The translations under genes and the position numbers were made by a program. Shown piece after piece: positions 28,336 to 37,354 of a stretch of 47,391 bases of DNA. The DNA lies in IMG/VR virus record IMGVR_UViG_3300022936_000011, positions 1 through 47,391 of that record. The stretch is one strand, 5' to 3'. The notes beneath the pieces are model-generated. The model was not told the origin of the DNA, searched no databases, and saw only the letters and a list, made by a program, of their open reading frames with translations. This DNA is from a virus (taxonomy: Duplodnaviria > Caudoviricetes). The first letter of the stretch is position 1. Each line of letters starts with the position of its first letter.

Positions 28336-28345
28336 CACACGGCCC

Positions 28346-28906
28346 TCAAGGCTGGTAAGTCTTGAAGCCGTACTTCTGCGCGGCCCCTTTCACTTTGTCG
28401 TCAAGCCATCCGGCCAGTTGTGTAGGGAGCGATGCCGTCCACGCTTCTGCATCAGCCGCGTTGGCGAAGCGGTAAACGACCCAAATCTGATCGCCGATGG
28501 TCTGAGGAATCCACGCGTATTCGATCGCGTTCTTAGGCTCGAAAGGCTTGAGGATCAAAGCTGGCCGTTCTGTGCACTCGTATAAGTCGATGCGCAAAGC
28601 CTTAATAGCTGGATCTTCGATCCAAGGAATGGCGTATACCGGATCGGGTTTAGACGGCGCCAGTTTCGATTCCCATTCCGTCATTAAATCGTGCTGCGAC
28701 TTGGCGATTAAAGTCAGTTCCGACTCTTCATACCAAGAGCAGGAACCAAGACCCTTCAGTAGAACCGAATAGCTGGTCTTGCTGCCGAAGCCATACTTGT
28801 CGAAGTAGGAATACTGAACAATCGCTTCACAGCCCTTAGTGAAATGTGTTTTGTAAGGGCCGAGATCGTCAGCAATTCGAACGTGGTCTGCGCAATAAAA
28901 AGTCAT
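28346..28906 (-). CDS. hypothetical protein
   Basis: ATG 28906 after AGGAGAAGG and a promoter. Confidence 0.65.
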   Translation of the reverse strand: MTFYCADHVRIADDLGPYKTHFTKGCEAIVQYSYFDKYGFGSKTSYSVLLKGLGSCSWYEESELTLIAKSQHDLMTEWESKLAPSKPDPVYAIPWIEDPAIKALRIDLYECTERPALILKPFEPKNAIEYAWIPQTIGDQIWVVYRFANAADAEAWTASLPTQLAGWLDDKVKGAAQKYGFKTYQP

Positions 28907-28938
28907 CTTCCTTCTCCTGAACTGGTTTAAGTAACGCA

Positions 28939-28967
28939 AGGATATACAACCTTCCTCTTGTAGTCAA
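28939..28967 (-). promoter_or_regulatory. sigma70 promoter with palindromic operator
   Basis: TTGACT-17-TATCCT with TACAA-N8-TTGTA in spacer. Confidence 0.7.
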
Positions 28968-29023
28968 CTATTCCGCTTCACTCCTTTTCGCGGCCCGCAC
29001 CATGCGAGCGCCGAAGAATTTGC

Positions 29024-29377
29024 TCATTGTCCTTTCTCCTCTTCGAACTGTATCAACATGTCGATGACGTGCTTGGCTTTGCGCAAGTCCTCGATGCCGC
29101 CCTTGTCACGGAACCGGCTGATGTACTTGATCGCCGTGTGCTGGCAGGCGTCCAAGCCGTTCTTCATCGAGTATTCCATCGGCTGGATTGCCATGTCTTT
29201 GTAGTGGCCGCCGCCGACTTGCGTGTCTAGGGCTTTGGGCTGCTCAGTTCGAGGCCCAGGTTCGGACGGCACTACGCCTGCTTTCCTGCGTTTGGACGCA
29301 TTGCACCCTGGACAATCCGCAGTTCGGTCAAGCGTTCCGCCGTGCCACTTGCAGGCTTTTGTTTTGTCGATCTTCAC
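29024..29377 (-). CDS. DUF3310 / T7 gp1.7-SaV-like protein
   Basis: QVGGGHYK...IQP.E...AIKYISR...KGGIEDLRKA. Confidence 0.85.
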   Translation of the reverse strand: MKIDKTKACKWHGGTLDRTADCPGCNASKRRKAGVVPSEPGPRTEQPKALDTQVGGGHYKDMAIQPMEYSMKNGLDACQHTAIKYISRFRDKGGIEDLRKAKHVIDMLIQFEEEKGQ

Positions 29378-29378
29378 T

Positions 29379-29612
29379 TCACACCGCCTTTAGTTCAAGG
29401 CGCGCTAGGCGTTCGCGCAGGCTGTTTATCTCGTCTTGGTACTCATCCGCCAAGGTGGTTAGGTCGTTGAAATTGACCCAGTTACCGTGCTTCTCTGGAA
29501 CGCGAATTACGCTACCCTTTTCGTCTTCACCCCCTCGCCAGAAGTTGAAGCGCGGCAATTCGTGAACTTTGTCCCAAAGGTCGTAGCCTTCCCGTGTTTG
29601 AATATTTCGCAT
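29379..29612 (-). CDS. hypothetical protein
   Basis: Coupled ORF downstream of helicase. Confidence 0.6.
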   Translation of the reverse strand: MRNIQTREGYDLWDKVHELPRFNFWRGGEDEKGSVIRVPEKHGNWVNFNDLTTLADEYQDEINSLRERLARLELKAV

Positions 29613-31012
29613 TACGCTGCATCCTCTGTGATTGTTTTGAACCCACGTTCTTTCATCGCTTCCATCAAGATGTCCTGCACCTCTCGCTTGCTGTGCAGCC
29701 GCTCCAGTACCAGTTCGTCCACGGTATCCGCCGCCATGATCATGTGCATGAACACTGGGCGCTTGAACCCTGCCTGCAACTGGCGGGTAGGCCCGATGCG
29801 TTCGATAAACTGCAGGTAGTTTTCCAGCGACCAGCTATACCCGAAGAACGCCATGATGTTCGTGTGGTACTGCAGTCCGTCCACGCCGTGGCCCATCGAA
29901 GCGGGGTGGCCGAACCAAACGCGACCTTCGCCCGCCTGAGCGCGTTCCAGTCCACCTTTGGCCGACAGGTCGATGCCATCTGGGAAACGCTTCTTGAGGC
30001 GCGCCAGGTCGCTCTTGAAGTGATATGCGCACAAAACCGGCATACCGGCGGCTTCCTCGATGATTTCTTCCAGCGCGTCCAGTTTCTCATCGTGGATCTT
30101 TTCCCAATCTTGCCCGCCTTCCAAATAGGCTGCGCCGTTTGCAATTTGTAATAATTTCATAGACTTAGCAGCAGCGTTCAGTGCTTCGATCTGCTGCCCG
30201 CCTTCCAGCTCCATGAAGAACTGCTTCTCCATCTGCTTGTACATGACCTTGGCCGACGCCGGCAGCTCGACCATGATGCGGTTGATGATCGGCTCTTCCA
30301 GTGCGAACCAGTCCGCCGCGTCGATGGTGATGCACACGTCTTTAAGCGCCGCCTGGATCTCGCCTTGCGCCCGGTCGGTGGCCTCTACGCCGAACCCGGT
30401 ATGCGAAGCGCGGAACCAACGTTGTTTGAATGCGTCGAACGTTCGGCCGAGGCGATCACCCTTGTCCACGAACCACATCTGCCCCCACAGATCTTGTAAG
30501 CCGTTAGGACTGGGCGTACCAGTCAACAGGATGATGCGTTTGATCCTGGTGTGCGCGACCCGGGCAAGTGCCTTGGCGCGCTGCGTGCCCTGCCGTAAGC
30601 GGAACCCTTTCAACTTGGTCGCTTCATCCGCTACGACGGTCTTGAAAGGCCAGCGGTCGCCCAACTCCTCGACCAACCAAGGGAGTTGTTCGAAGTTGGT
30701 CGTGTAGATGTCCGCCGGAATGCGTAACGCGGCGCGACGTTCCTTCAGCGAGCCGGTGACGACAACGACGCGCAGGTGTTTAAGGTGGTTCCACTTGCGC
30801 ACCTCGTTCGGCCAGGTGGTACGGGCAACCCGGAGTGGGGCCACGATCAGCGCCGGATACACGTCCTCTACGAAGGTAAGATCTTCGAGCGCCGATAAAG
30901 TGGCGCCAGTTTTCCCCGTACCCGGACTAGACCAGACAGCACAACGCTTATTGCCAACGATGAAGCCGCCGATCAGTTCCTGATAGCGGCGAGGCACGAA
31001 GTCAATTGCCAT
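29612..31012 (-). CDS. SNF2-family (SF2) helicase
   Basis: PGTGKT, VVADEAT, LTGTPSPN, HPASMGHGVDGLQ, RIGPTRQ. Confidence 0.92.
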   Translation of the reverse strand: MAIDFVPRRYQELIGGFIVGNKRCAVWSSPGTGKTGATLSALEDLTFVEDVYPALIVAPLRVARTTWPNEVRKWNHLKHLRVVVVTGSLKERRAALRIPADIYTTNFEQLPWLVEELGDRWPFKTVVADEATKLKGFRLRQGTQRAKALARVAHTRIKRIILLTGTPSPNGLQDLWGQMWFVDKGDRLGRTFDAFKQRWFRASHTGFGVEATDRAQGEIQAALKDVCITIDAADWFALEEPIINRIMVELPASAKVMYKQMEKQFFMELEGGQQIEALNAAAKSMKLLQIANGAAYLEGGQDWEKIHDEKLDALEEIIEEAAGMPVLCAYHFKSDLARLKKRFPDGIDLSAKGGLERAQAGEGRVWFGHPASMGHGVDGLQYHTNIMAFFGYSWSLENYLQFIERIGPTRQLQAGFKRPVFMHMIMAADTVDELVLERLHSKREVQDILMEAMKERGFKTITEDAA

Positions 31013-31202
31013 CCGGAAATTCCTTCGACAGCCAATCGCGTAATGCTCGGGCCTGATCCGGCGTAAAAACAACCGAACCGACGCCTTCACCGTTTTGGTA
31101 AACCATGAGATACAGGTCGCCGTCTATATCTACCGAACCGGCTAACGTGTCCTCGGATACGGAGCACTGTCCGTAAAAGCCTTCTGTCGCGTCCATTAGC
31201 AA
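31002..31202 (-). CDS. hypothetical protein
   Basis: Overlaps both neighbours; FTPDQARALRDWL. Confidence 0.55.
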   Translation of the reverse strand: MLMDATEGFYGQCSVSEDTLAGSVDIDGDLYLMVYQNGEGVGSVVFTPDQARALRDWLSKEFPDGN

Positions 31203-31513
31203 CCCACCTCATAGTTCTCGCCGCGCAAAACACCGCGCCCTGACAAAAGATCAGATATCACCTGATCTACCTGCTGCGTACTGTCTAACCAGTACACGAG
31301 AGCACCCGCAGCACGCCGACGCTCGTGGTCGCGCACCTGAGCTTCGGTAGGCTTTTTGCCGGTCGCTTTCAGCTCAACGAACAACACGCGCCCGCCGAAC
31401 GTGATCAGCCGATCGGGCACCGAACGACGCTGGGGACTGGTGAACTTGCAGCACAGCGCGCCAATCTCTTTGCAGCGCTTGACGAGGTACGCTTCGATAT
31501 CGCGTTCTAGCAT
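31196..31513 (-). CDS. VRR-NUC domain nuclease
   Basis: ERDIE, SVPDRL, FVELKA.GKKPT.AQ. Confidence 0.9.
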   Translation of the reverse strand: MLERDIEAYLVKRCKEIGALCCKFTSPQRRSVPDRLITFGGRVLFVELKATGKKPTEAQVRDHERRRAAGALVYWLDSTQQVDQVISDLLSGRGVLRGENYEVGC

Positions 31514-31707
31514 GACTTGATCCTCTCCATACGTTCCGTGAAATCTTTCTCAGTACGCAGGAAAAGCCTACCTGTAGAAACATCACGGTATATCAACCGG
31601 TCTTCACCTCGCGATAAGCCCGCGCCGGTAGCCAGACCTAAGATCTCGTACCGCCCACCTTTGCCGATGCACGTATACAGTTTTTGGTAATCTGTTTCTT
31701 CACCCAT
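31507..31707 (-). CDS. small hypothetical protein (DUF1653-like)
   Basis: KGGRYEILG.A...IYR...G.LFLR...F. Confidence 0.55.
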   Translation of the reverse strand: MGEETDYQKLYTCIGKGGRYEILGLATGAGLSRGEDRLIYRDVSTGRLFLRTEKDFTERMERIKSC

Positions 31708-31733
31708 CAAAAACCCTCCTCTAGATGTACGCA

Positions 31734-31762
31734 AGCTTATGCAAGATTCGACTTGTAGTCAA
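31734..31762 (-). promoter_or_regulatory. sigma70 promoter with palindromic operator
   Basis: TTGACT-17-TAAGCT with TACAA-N8-TTGCA in spacer. Confidence 0.7.
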
Positions 31763-32754
31763 CCTTTCCGGTAGCGATAGGCTTCGAAGCCGGCTGCGGC
31801 GAGCGGTAAGCCTTCTGTCCAGTCGCAACCAGCGGACATCAGTTCGGCCAGGTGTTCGTGGTTATAAGATGGATCGTCCGGCGCTTCGCTGATGATCTCA
31901 TCGTGGACGGTCAGCACGATTTCGTAACCGGCGGATTCTATAGGTTTCATAGAGTGGGCGAGGACGTCGCGTGCCGCTGCTTGGCACATATTTTCACAAA
32001 GTTTCCCAGAATATGTGCGTAACCTCTCCCATTTTCGGGAATATTGATTGATACCCATGAAGGTTATTTGCCCGTCGTCCTCTACCCGCGGCGACGGATA
32101 GCAGAGATATCGGCCGCTTGGGAGCATTACACGAAGCCACGCGCCATCGCGCCGGATCTTGTGACGGCGGCAGGAGAAGGTCTGCCCGGGATTGTTGATC
32201 GCCGTTCTGCAGCTATTTTCGATATCCTTCCAGTACGTCGAGGTGTTCGGGTGCGCTTCACGCCAGAGGCGCTTAAAGCTGTCGCACACGATAAAAGCTT
32301 TGTCCGACAGCCCGAACTGGCTTTTGCCCTGGCCGAGTTGCCATTCCAGGAAGCTAGACGCTTCGTCTAGGGTATTTTTCGGGATCGCGTCAATCGCGCG
32401 TTCGGCCATCGCTTCCAGGTCAATGTTGAACGCGAGCGAGAAAGTGATGAACGCTCCCACCCCTCCGGCATATCCGAGCGCCAGTTCCATCGTCTTGCCG
32501 ATCTGCCGCATGTCCTTGTCGACGTCAGCCGGGTCGATGCCGAACGCTTTGGCGTAGGCCAATTTGTAGAGGTCGAAGCCATTACCCGCGTCGAAGTCTC
32601 GGAACGCCTGGAGCTTCCATTCCTCGCCGGCTAGCCATGCGAGCACTCGACCTTCAATATTACTGAGGTCGGCGATAACGAACTTTTTGCCCTTCGGTGC
32701 GATGAACACTCCGCGCACGGCGCTAGAGCATTTTTCCATCACTGTCGCGCTCAT
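31759..32754 (-). CDS. family A DNA polymerase, C-terminal (catalytic) fragment
   Basis: Motif A ADLSNIEGR, motif B RQIGKTMELALGY, motif C TVHDEI. Confidence 0.92.
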   Translation of the reverse strand: MSATVMEKCSSAVRGVFIAPKGKKFVIADLSNIEGRVLAWLAGEEWKLQAFRDFDAGNGFDLYKLAYAKAFGIDPADVDKDMRQIGKTMELALGYAGGVGAFITFSLAFNIDLEAMAERAIDAIPKNTLDEASSFLEWQLGQGKSQFGLSDKAFIVCDSFKRLWREAHPNTSTYWKDIENSCRTAINNPGQTFSCRRHKIRRDGAWLRVMLPSGRYLCYPSPRVEDDGQITFMGINQYSRKWERLRTYSGKLCENMCQAAARDVLAHSMKPIESAGYEIVLTVHDEIISEAPDDPSYNHEHLAELMSAGCDWTEGLPLAAAGFEAYRYRKG

Positions 32755-33272
32755 ACGAGATCCGCCGTGAGGTCGTCGAGATATAGGAAATTCGCCCTGA
32801 TGTACCTATGACTGTGCCGAGCTAATTTTGCCGCTTGTGCGATTGAGTCGTACTTGACTCCGGTTCGGGGGTCTACCATGGGTAGGGCTTGCTTGTTCAG
32901 ACGATGCGCCACGGCGTGGTAATGATTCCCGCTGCGGGTAACCCATTCTAGGTTCGAAGCCCGGTTATTGAGCTTAACGCCGTCTTTATGGTTCACCTCA
33001 GCCGTCTCGGAAAAACCATCGCAAAAAGCTTGCGCCACCAGGCGGTGGACGGTACAAGCTTTTCTCTTGTCCCCCGTACAAAGATGCACAAGTTCATACC
33101 CGCTATTCTGAATTTGTGTAGCGAGAATTTTCTCCGGCGTGAGGCGCATGCCCTCCTTCCCGGAGATCCAGTGGACGAAGCGCTTCATGGCAGCCACGGC
33201 GCGTACTCGCCCTGTGTCACTTACCTCGTAGCGATCGTTGTACCCGGGTATCAGTTTCCAGCGTTCTGTCAT
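32751..33272 (-). CDS. NUMOD4-HNH homing endonuclease
   Basis: WKLIPGY..RYEVSDTGRVR; VHRLVA, VNHKDG.KLNN..SNLEW.T.S.N..H. Confidence 0.92.
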   Translation of the reverse strand: MTERWKLIPGYNDRYEVSDTGRVRAVAAMKRFVHWISGKEGMRLTPEKILATQIQNSGYELVHLCTGDKRKACTVHRLVAQAFCDGFSETAEVNHKDGVKLNNRASNLEWVTRSGNHYHAVAHRLNKQALPMVDPRTGVKYDSIAQAAKLARHSHRYIRANFLYLDDLTADLV

Positions 33273-34339
33273 AGTAAATCCTCGGCATCCGCCAATAGTT
33301 CTTCGATAGCCCTATCTACCCCCTCCGGCGAAAGCGTACTGCGGCTGAGGTTCTGAGGTTGTAGTAGTCTACCCGCCCACCGGCCCGTGCGCAACGCGCC
33401 GCAGAACGCAAGAAGCCCCCGCAGCCTGCCGTCGGCGCTGACACCGTTCAGAACGCGTTTGTACTTCGATACTGAGGTCTTCGAACTTTGCAACCGCACG
33501 GCCAGGAGTTCGCGCAACTCCACCGGCAAATCGGGATCGTCGATGCGCCGCTCCAAGGTACTGATCTGAAGGTCAGGCAGGCCCACACCGTAAGCCTCAA
33601 GGATGTGCTCGAGCATCTTGTCGCGCTGGTTGGCACTGGTCACGGCGCCATCGGTTAAACGCACTGCATCGGCGGCGTGGATCTTCTGCGCTCGATCCGA
33701 AGCGCGGATCGCGGCATGCGCCAAGTCGAGATCCATCAGCACGCCGCGTTCGTTGATCTTCTGGTCAAGCATCCACAGTTCGCGTTCGGCTCCACGGTAG
33801 TTCCAGCGCGGCAGCTTCTTATAGATCTCCCTCATAGCCTCAATGTCCAAACCTCCATAGTCTCGGAATCGTTGCCATTCGACGGGGTGGGTTGCTTTGG
33901 TGGCGCGGCGGATCTTTCGACCTTTTGGTTGGGGCTTGCAGAAGAGAGAGATCCACGTTCTGCCTTCTTTGTCTTTGGCTTTGTCAGTAGCAACGCCGAG
34001 AATCGAGCAGAGTGTACCAAGCGAGCCAGGGAGAGAATGCGCCATGGCACAAACCATCGTGTCGAAAACCCTTTCGACGCGCAGATCAATACCAGAGTGT
34101 GACATGACGGTTCGGTCAAAAGCCGAGTTGTGTATAACCACTTCATAACTTTCATCCTCAAGCAAAGCGAGCAAGTCGCTAATATCTTCATCCCCATCGC
34201 GAATAATCACTTCCCCATCGCCGACCGCCCACTGCCACATGATGATCTCGGCGCCTTCTGCATAACGGTGCGTCCCGTTGTTGATCGGCGTTTCGCAGAA
34301 GGTTTCCGTGTCGAGGAAAACGCATTTAGATAGATCCAT
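33269..34339 (-). CDS. family A DNA polymerase, N-terminal (3'-5' exonuclease/thumb) fragment
   Basis: FLDTET, HNSAFDR, YGGLDIE, DQKINERG, TGRWAG..LQPQNL. Confidence 0.92.
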   Translation of the reverse strand: MDLSKCVFLDTETFCETPINNGTHRYAEGAEIIMWQWAVGDGEVIIRDGDEDISDLLALLEDESYEVVIHNSAFDRTVMSHSGIDLRVERVFDTMVCAMAHSLPGSLGTLCSILGVATDKAKDKEGRTWISLFCKPQPKGRKIRRATKATHPVEWQRFRDYGGLDIEAMREIYKKLPRWNYRGAERELWMLDQKINERGVLMDLDLAHAAIRASDRAQKIHAADAVRLTDGAVTSANQRDKMLEHILEAYGVGLPDLQISTLERRIDDPDLPVELRELLAVRLQSSKTSVSKYKRVLNGVSADGRLRGLLAFCGALRTGRWAGRLLQPQNLSRSTLSPEGVDRAIEELLADAEDLL

Positions 34340-34826
34340 TGGCTTTCTTCTTTCTCCTGAATTCTGGTAAGGCGCCACCGCCGATCTCGTAAACACGTTC
34401 CCAGCTCGGCCAGTTCAACGTCAGGTCGCCACGCTTTTGAGGGATCGGATGAATGCGTGGGCGCCCCGGGTGCTTGGAGTTCATTTCGACGAAAATACCG
34501 CGGTGCTCGGCAGCCCTCTTGAGTTCGTGGCCCGCTGAGTATCCGATAGTCCTGGCAGCGTACGCCCAGCTTCGCCGCTCCTTCGCCATTCGCTCTAAGG
34601 CTTCGCGCAGGTTCTCCCCAGTATCTTTCAGGTACGCAAGTGCCCGTGATGACGGCTCGAAAGGATCTTTGCTAGGGTGACGGGAAAGGAGGTGGCAAAA
34701 GCCTTGAGGTGAGTATCCCAACGCCCTGGCCGTATCGAACCGGTTAAGACCCTGGTCAGCAAAATCGGCTACCAGTTGCCAGAACTCGACACCCCATCGC
34801 GCTTCTACTAACCGTACCCCTGTCAC
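34326..34826 (-). CDS. hypothetical protein with two HTH-like repeats
   Basis: TARALGYS and AARTIGYS segments. Confidence 0.55.
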   Translation of the reverse strand: MTGVRLVEARWGVEFWQLVADFADQGLNRFDTARALGYSPQGFCHLLSRHPSKDPFEPSSRALAYLKDTGENLREALERMAKERRSWAYAARTIGYSAGHELKRAAEHRGIFVEMNSKHPGRPRIHPIPQKRGDLTLNWPSWERVYEIGGGALPEFRRKKKANGSI

Positions 34827-34920
34827 ACCCAATCCTCCGAATCCGCCCACTTGATCGCAGCGCCCGCCAGTAGCGATACGCAGACCGAGAAAAGTACAAC
34901 GCCGATCACGAAGTATCCGA

Positions 34921-35364
34921 TCATTGATTCAGCTCCCTGAGGCAGGCGTCGATCTCATCGCGGAATTCGCCGCGTGCGTAGATCCTAGCGCGAGTGAGCA
35001 GGCGGACCATGTCATCAGCTACCGGCGCTGGCGGAGAGGTGTAGAGCCATTCGACTTCGAATTGAATATGGGTAAGGTCCTTTACCTGATCAAGCTTGCT
35101 CTTGGCGTACTCAACTGTCCCGGTTGACCATTCTGTCCAGTCGTGCCAAAGGTCACGCCCACCTTGCCCCTTCCCGACATACTCCCTGAATCGCAAAATG
35201 GCGCCCTTCGGTTCTTGGCGCTCGACGACTGGATCGGCGAGCAGGGCGCGAAGTTCACGGAACGCAACCCCATGCTCCATGCCGGTCAATTGGTTGTCGC
35301 CGCCATTCAAGGCGCGCAACAGAAGCCCGGCCAGCTCCCGCGAAATATCAATTTTCCCGCTCAT
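34921..35364 (-). CDS. hypothetical protein
   Basis: ELRALLADPVVERQEP and LYTSPPAPV modules common in phage early genes. Confidence 0.6.
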   Translation of the reverse strand: MSGKIDISRELAGLLLRALNGGDNQLTGMEHGVAFRELRALLADPVVERQEPKGAILRFREYVGKGQGGRDLWHDWTEWSTGTVEYAKSKLDQVKDLTHIQFEVEWLYTSPPAPVADDMVRLLTRARIYARGEFRDEIDACLRELNQ

Positions 35365-35482
35365 TCGTCTTTTACTCCGTAGATGGAAAGGATAATTGAA
35401 ACCGCTATACGAGCCATGAAATAGCAAGCCATTGGCGTGAACGCCGCTATTACGGTGAATAGCGCTATTTTGTCTGCTACGC

Positions 35483-35872
35483 TCATTCGCTTGCTCCCGA
35501 TTCGGTGGGTCGTAGTGCGGCGCGGATGTCGTCCATCAGAGCCGGGAAGGTCACTTGTAGTCGCTCAGCGTTGTCGCCGATCACTCCGCTGAACTCATCT
35601 ATGGCAACCTGAAGAACATGGCAGTCAGCCGCAGCCATCCATTCTTTCGAGCGCATGAGCAAGTCGTGCATAACCGCATTCCGCCGCTCGGCGTCCGCAA
35701 GGCGCTGCTGGAGTGACTTGAAGTAATCGACAGTCTTCTGGCCTGTATCGGCGCTTTCCAAAACATCAGAAAGAGGAATCGTTGCGCAGATGTGGCCGAC
35801 CATGGAACGCCACTGATCGCGCTCTTCCCGCAACGCAGCCAGCTCTGCTTCGTATTCAAATGCGTTTTTCAT
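35483..35872 (-). CDS. coiled-coil hypothetical protein (Ead/Ea22-like style)
   Basis: ELAALREE, LQQRLADAERRNA. Confidence 0.6.
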   Translation of the reverse strand: MKNAFEYEAELAALREERDQWRSMVGHICATIPLSDVLESADTGQKTVDYFKSLQQRLADAERRNAVMHDLLMRSKEWMAAADCHVLQVAIDEFSGVIGDNAERLQVTFPALMDDIRAALRPTESGASE

Positions 35873-36021
35873 GTCTGCTTCTCCATCCGTGCGCGATACG
35901 CCTTGTTCCATCCCTCCGTCCAACGCTTGCAGGAGAACGAACATTTCTCTGCGTCGAATGGGTTTTCCTTGCGATCCATGCCACTCAGGAAAGCCGCGTA
36001 ACCTTGTTCAAACGCTGTCAT
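35869..36021 (-). CDS. ribosome modulation factor (RMF/CrpP)-like 50-aa protein (not in ORF track)
   Basis: MTAFEQGYAAFLSGMDRKENPF...RWTEGWNKA matches the GY.A...G...P...W..GW pattern. Confidence 0.65.
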   Translation of the reverse strand: MTAFEQGYAAFLSGMDRKENPFDAEKCSFSCKRWTEGWNKAYRARMEKQT

Positions 36022-36166
36022 TGCGCACCTCGAATTGAATTGGGCAGTACGGGGAATTGTAGTCCTCGCCGTACAGATAGACGGACTGACCTTGCGCAGC
36101 GCGCCACGGGTGAACCCACTGGACGTAACCGTTAAGAACGATCGGGGTTAACATTTTTTGATCTCC

Positions 36167-36343
36167 TTAGCGCTTTACACAGCTTAACTGTGCGGAACCG
36201 CCCGACACGCAAACTAGGCCGTATTCCGGAACTTCAAAAGCTTGATACCGGACACTGATTTTTATTTTACCCGGTGGGCCGCTAGGGCCGGCATCACAAC
36301 CCGATAGTAAAACTGCGAGAAAACTTGCTAGTAAAAATTTCAT
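36167..36343 (-). CDS. small lipoprotein (not in ORF track)
   Basis: MKFLLASFLAVLLSG-C lipobox, ATGA overlap with upstream gene. Confidence 0.7.
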   Translation of the reverse strand: MKFLLASFLAVLLSGCDAGPSGPPGKIKISVRYQAFEVPEYGLVCVSGGSAQLSCVKR

Positions 36344-36711
36344 TGCACGTTACTCACTTCGCCAGGGAGCGAGAACATATCGCCGGTCAGCGGATCGACG
36401 ATGAAGCCGGATACGACGGTGATGCAGAACCCGACCCAGTACCAAGGCGTGGTGTGCGAGTCGAGTTCGGTTGTCTTGCCGTCCTCGTACTTGACCTGGT
36501 AGGTCTGCCCATCGAAGAACCCGGCCGCTGCGTCCAGCTTGATCTGGTCTGGCGTAGTGCCGGTGTGCACACGCTTACCGTCTTCGTCCGTGATGCTGTA
36601 GCGCTGGCCAGACGGCTCAGACAGCACGCTAACGTCGGTGATGCGGTCGTTCATGATGGTAGAGCAGCCGGTAAGGGCGACGAGCAGTGCAGCGGCGATA
36701 AGGGTTTTCAT
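36340..36711 (-). CDS. lipoprotein
   Basis: MKTLIAAALLVALTG-C lipobox; C-terminal IVDPLTG. Confidence 0.8.
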   Translation of the reverse strand: MKTLIAAALLVALTGCSTIMNDRITDVSVLSEPSGQRYSITDEDGKRVHTGTTPDQIKLDAAAGFFDGQTYQVKYEDGKTTELDSHTTPWYWVGFCITVVSGFIVDPLTGDMFSLPGEVSNVQ

Positions 36712-36721
36712 GGCGGTTCTC

Positions 36722-36892
36722 CTACAACTGGCCGTTAGGAAGAGGTTTCACGCCGTCAGGGCGACGGAACTGAACAAGACCGGAGACGAACTTAACGTCG
36801 TACTCCTCAAGACAGGTGCCCTCCTTGCGCTTGGCGATAATCACAGCGATCTCGCCGCCTACTAAAACTCGTTGACCGATGAAGTACGACAT
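36722..36892 (-). CDS. small SH3-like hypothetical protein
   Basis: MSYFIGQRVLV...VKPLPNGQL after AGGA. Confidence 0.55.
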   Translation of the reverse strand: MSYFIGQRVLVGGEIAVIIAKRKEGTCLEEYDVKFVSGLVQFRRPDGVKPLPNGQL

Positions 36893-37016
36893 TTCCTTTC
36901 TCCCTACTTGATGAACGGATAACGCGATTTGTAGAACTTTGCTGCGTAGAGCGCGGCGGCGGGTTTGTAGCCCTTGGCCCGGAGCTTCTTGTAGCAATGG
37001 ATGCTGAATGCGATGT

Positions 37017-37223
37017 TCATTCTACTAACTCCCGTGGTACGAATACGTGCCAGTGGCGCCCGGAAGGCTGACTTACTTTTTCAACAGCGGAACCGTTATC
37101 CGAGATGTAACGCTCGACGGTGTTGCCGTCGCGTTGGAAAACTTCTTTGCGACCTTCACCGGCTTGGCGCTTCACTTGAGTGAAGCCGCAAACGTCCATC
37201 ATTACTCGACGTGGTTTGAACAT
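37017..37223 (-). CDS. hypothetical protein
   Basis: ATG after GGAG downstream of an operator-bearing intergenic region. Confidence 0.55.
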   Translation of the reverse strand: MFKPRRVMMDVCGFTQVKRQAGEGRKEVFQRDGNTVERYISDNGSAVEKVSQPSGRHWHVFVPRELVE

Positions 37224-37311
37224 TTCCCGTTACTCCCTGCGCTTGTTTTCGTTAAACCAAATGTACAACGGATTACTTGTATTGTCTTGCGTATCCCGAC
37301 GAGCGGTCAAC

Positions 37312-37340
37312 AAAAAGCCCGACGAGAGCCGGGCCTTCTG
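37312..37340 (-). terminator. intrinsic terminator after acb2
   Basis: On - strand ggcccggc-tctc-gtcgggc-ttttt. Confidence 0.75.
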
Positions 37341-37354
37341 GTGTTGCTCCGGCC

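Noticed and set aside
32751-33272. Group I intron, intein or T4 gene 60-style ribosomal bypass in the polymerase
   Set aside because: No non-coding flanks for a ribozyme core, fragments have their own stops and starts, no intein end residues, and no matched take-off/landing codon seen
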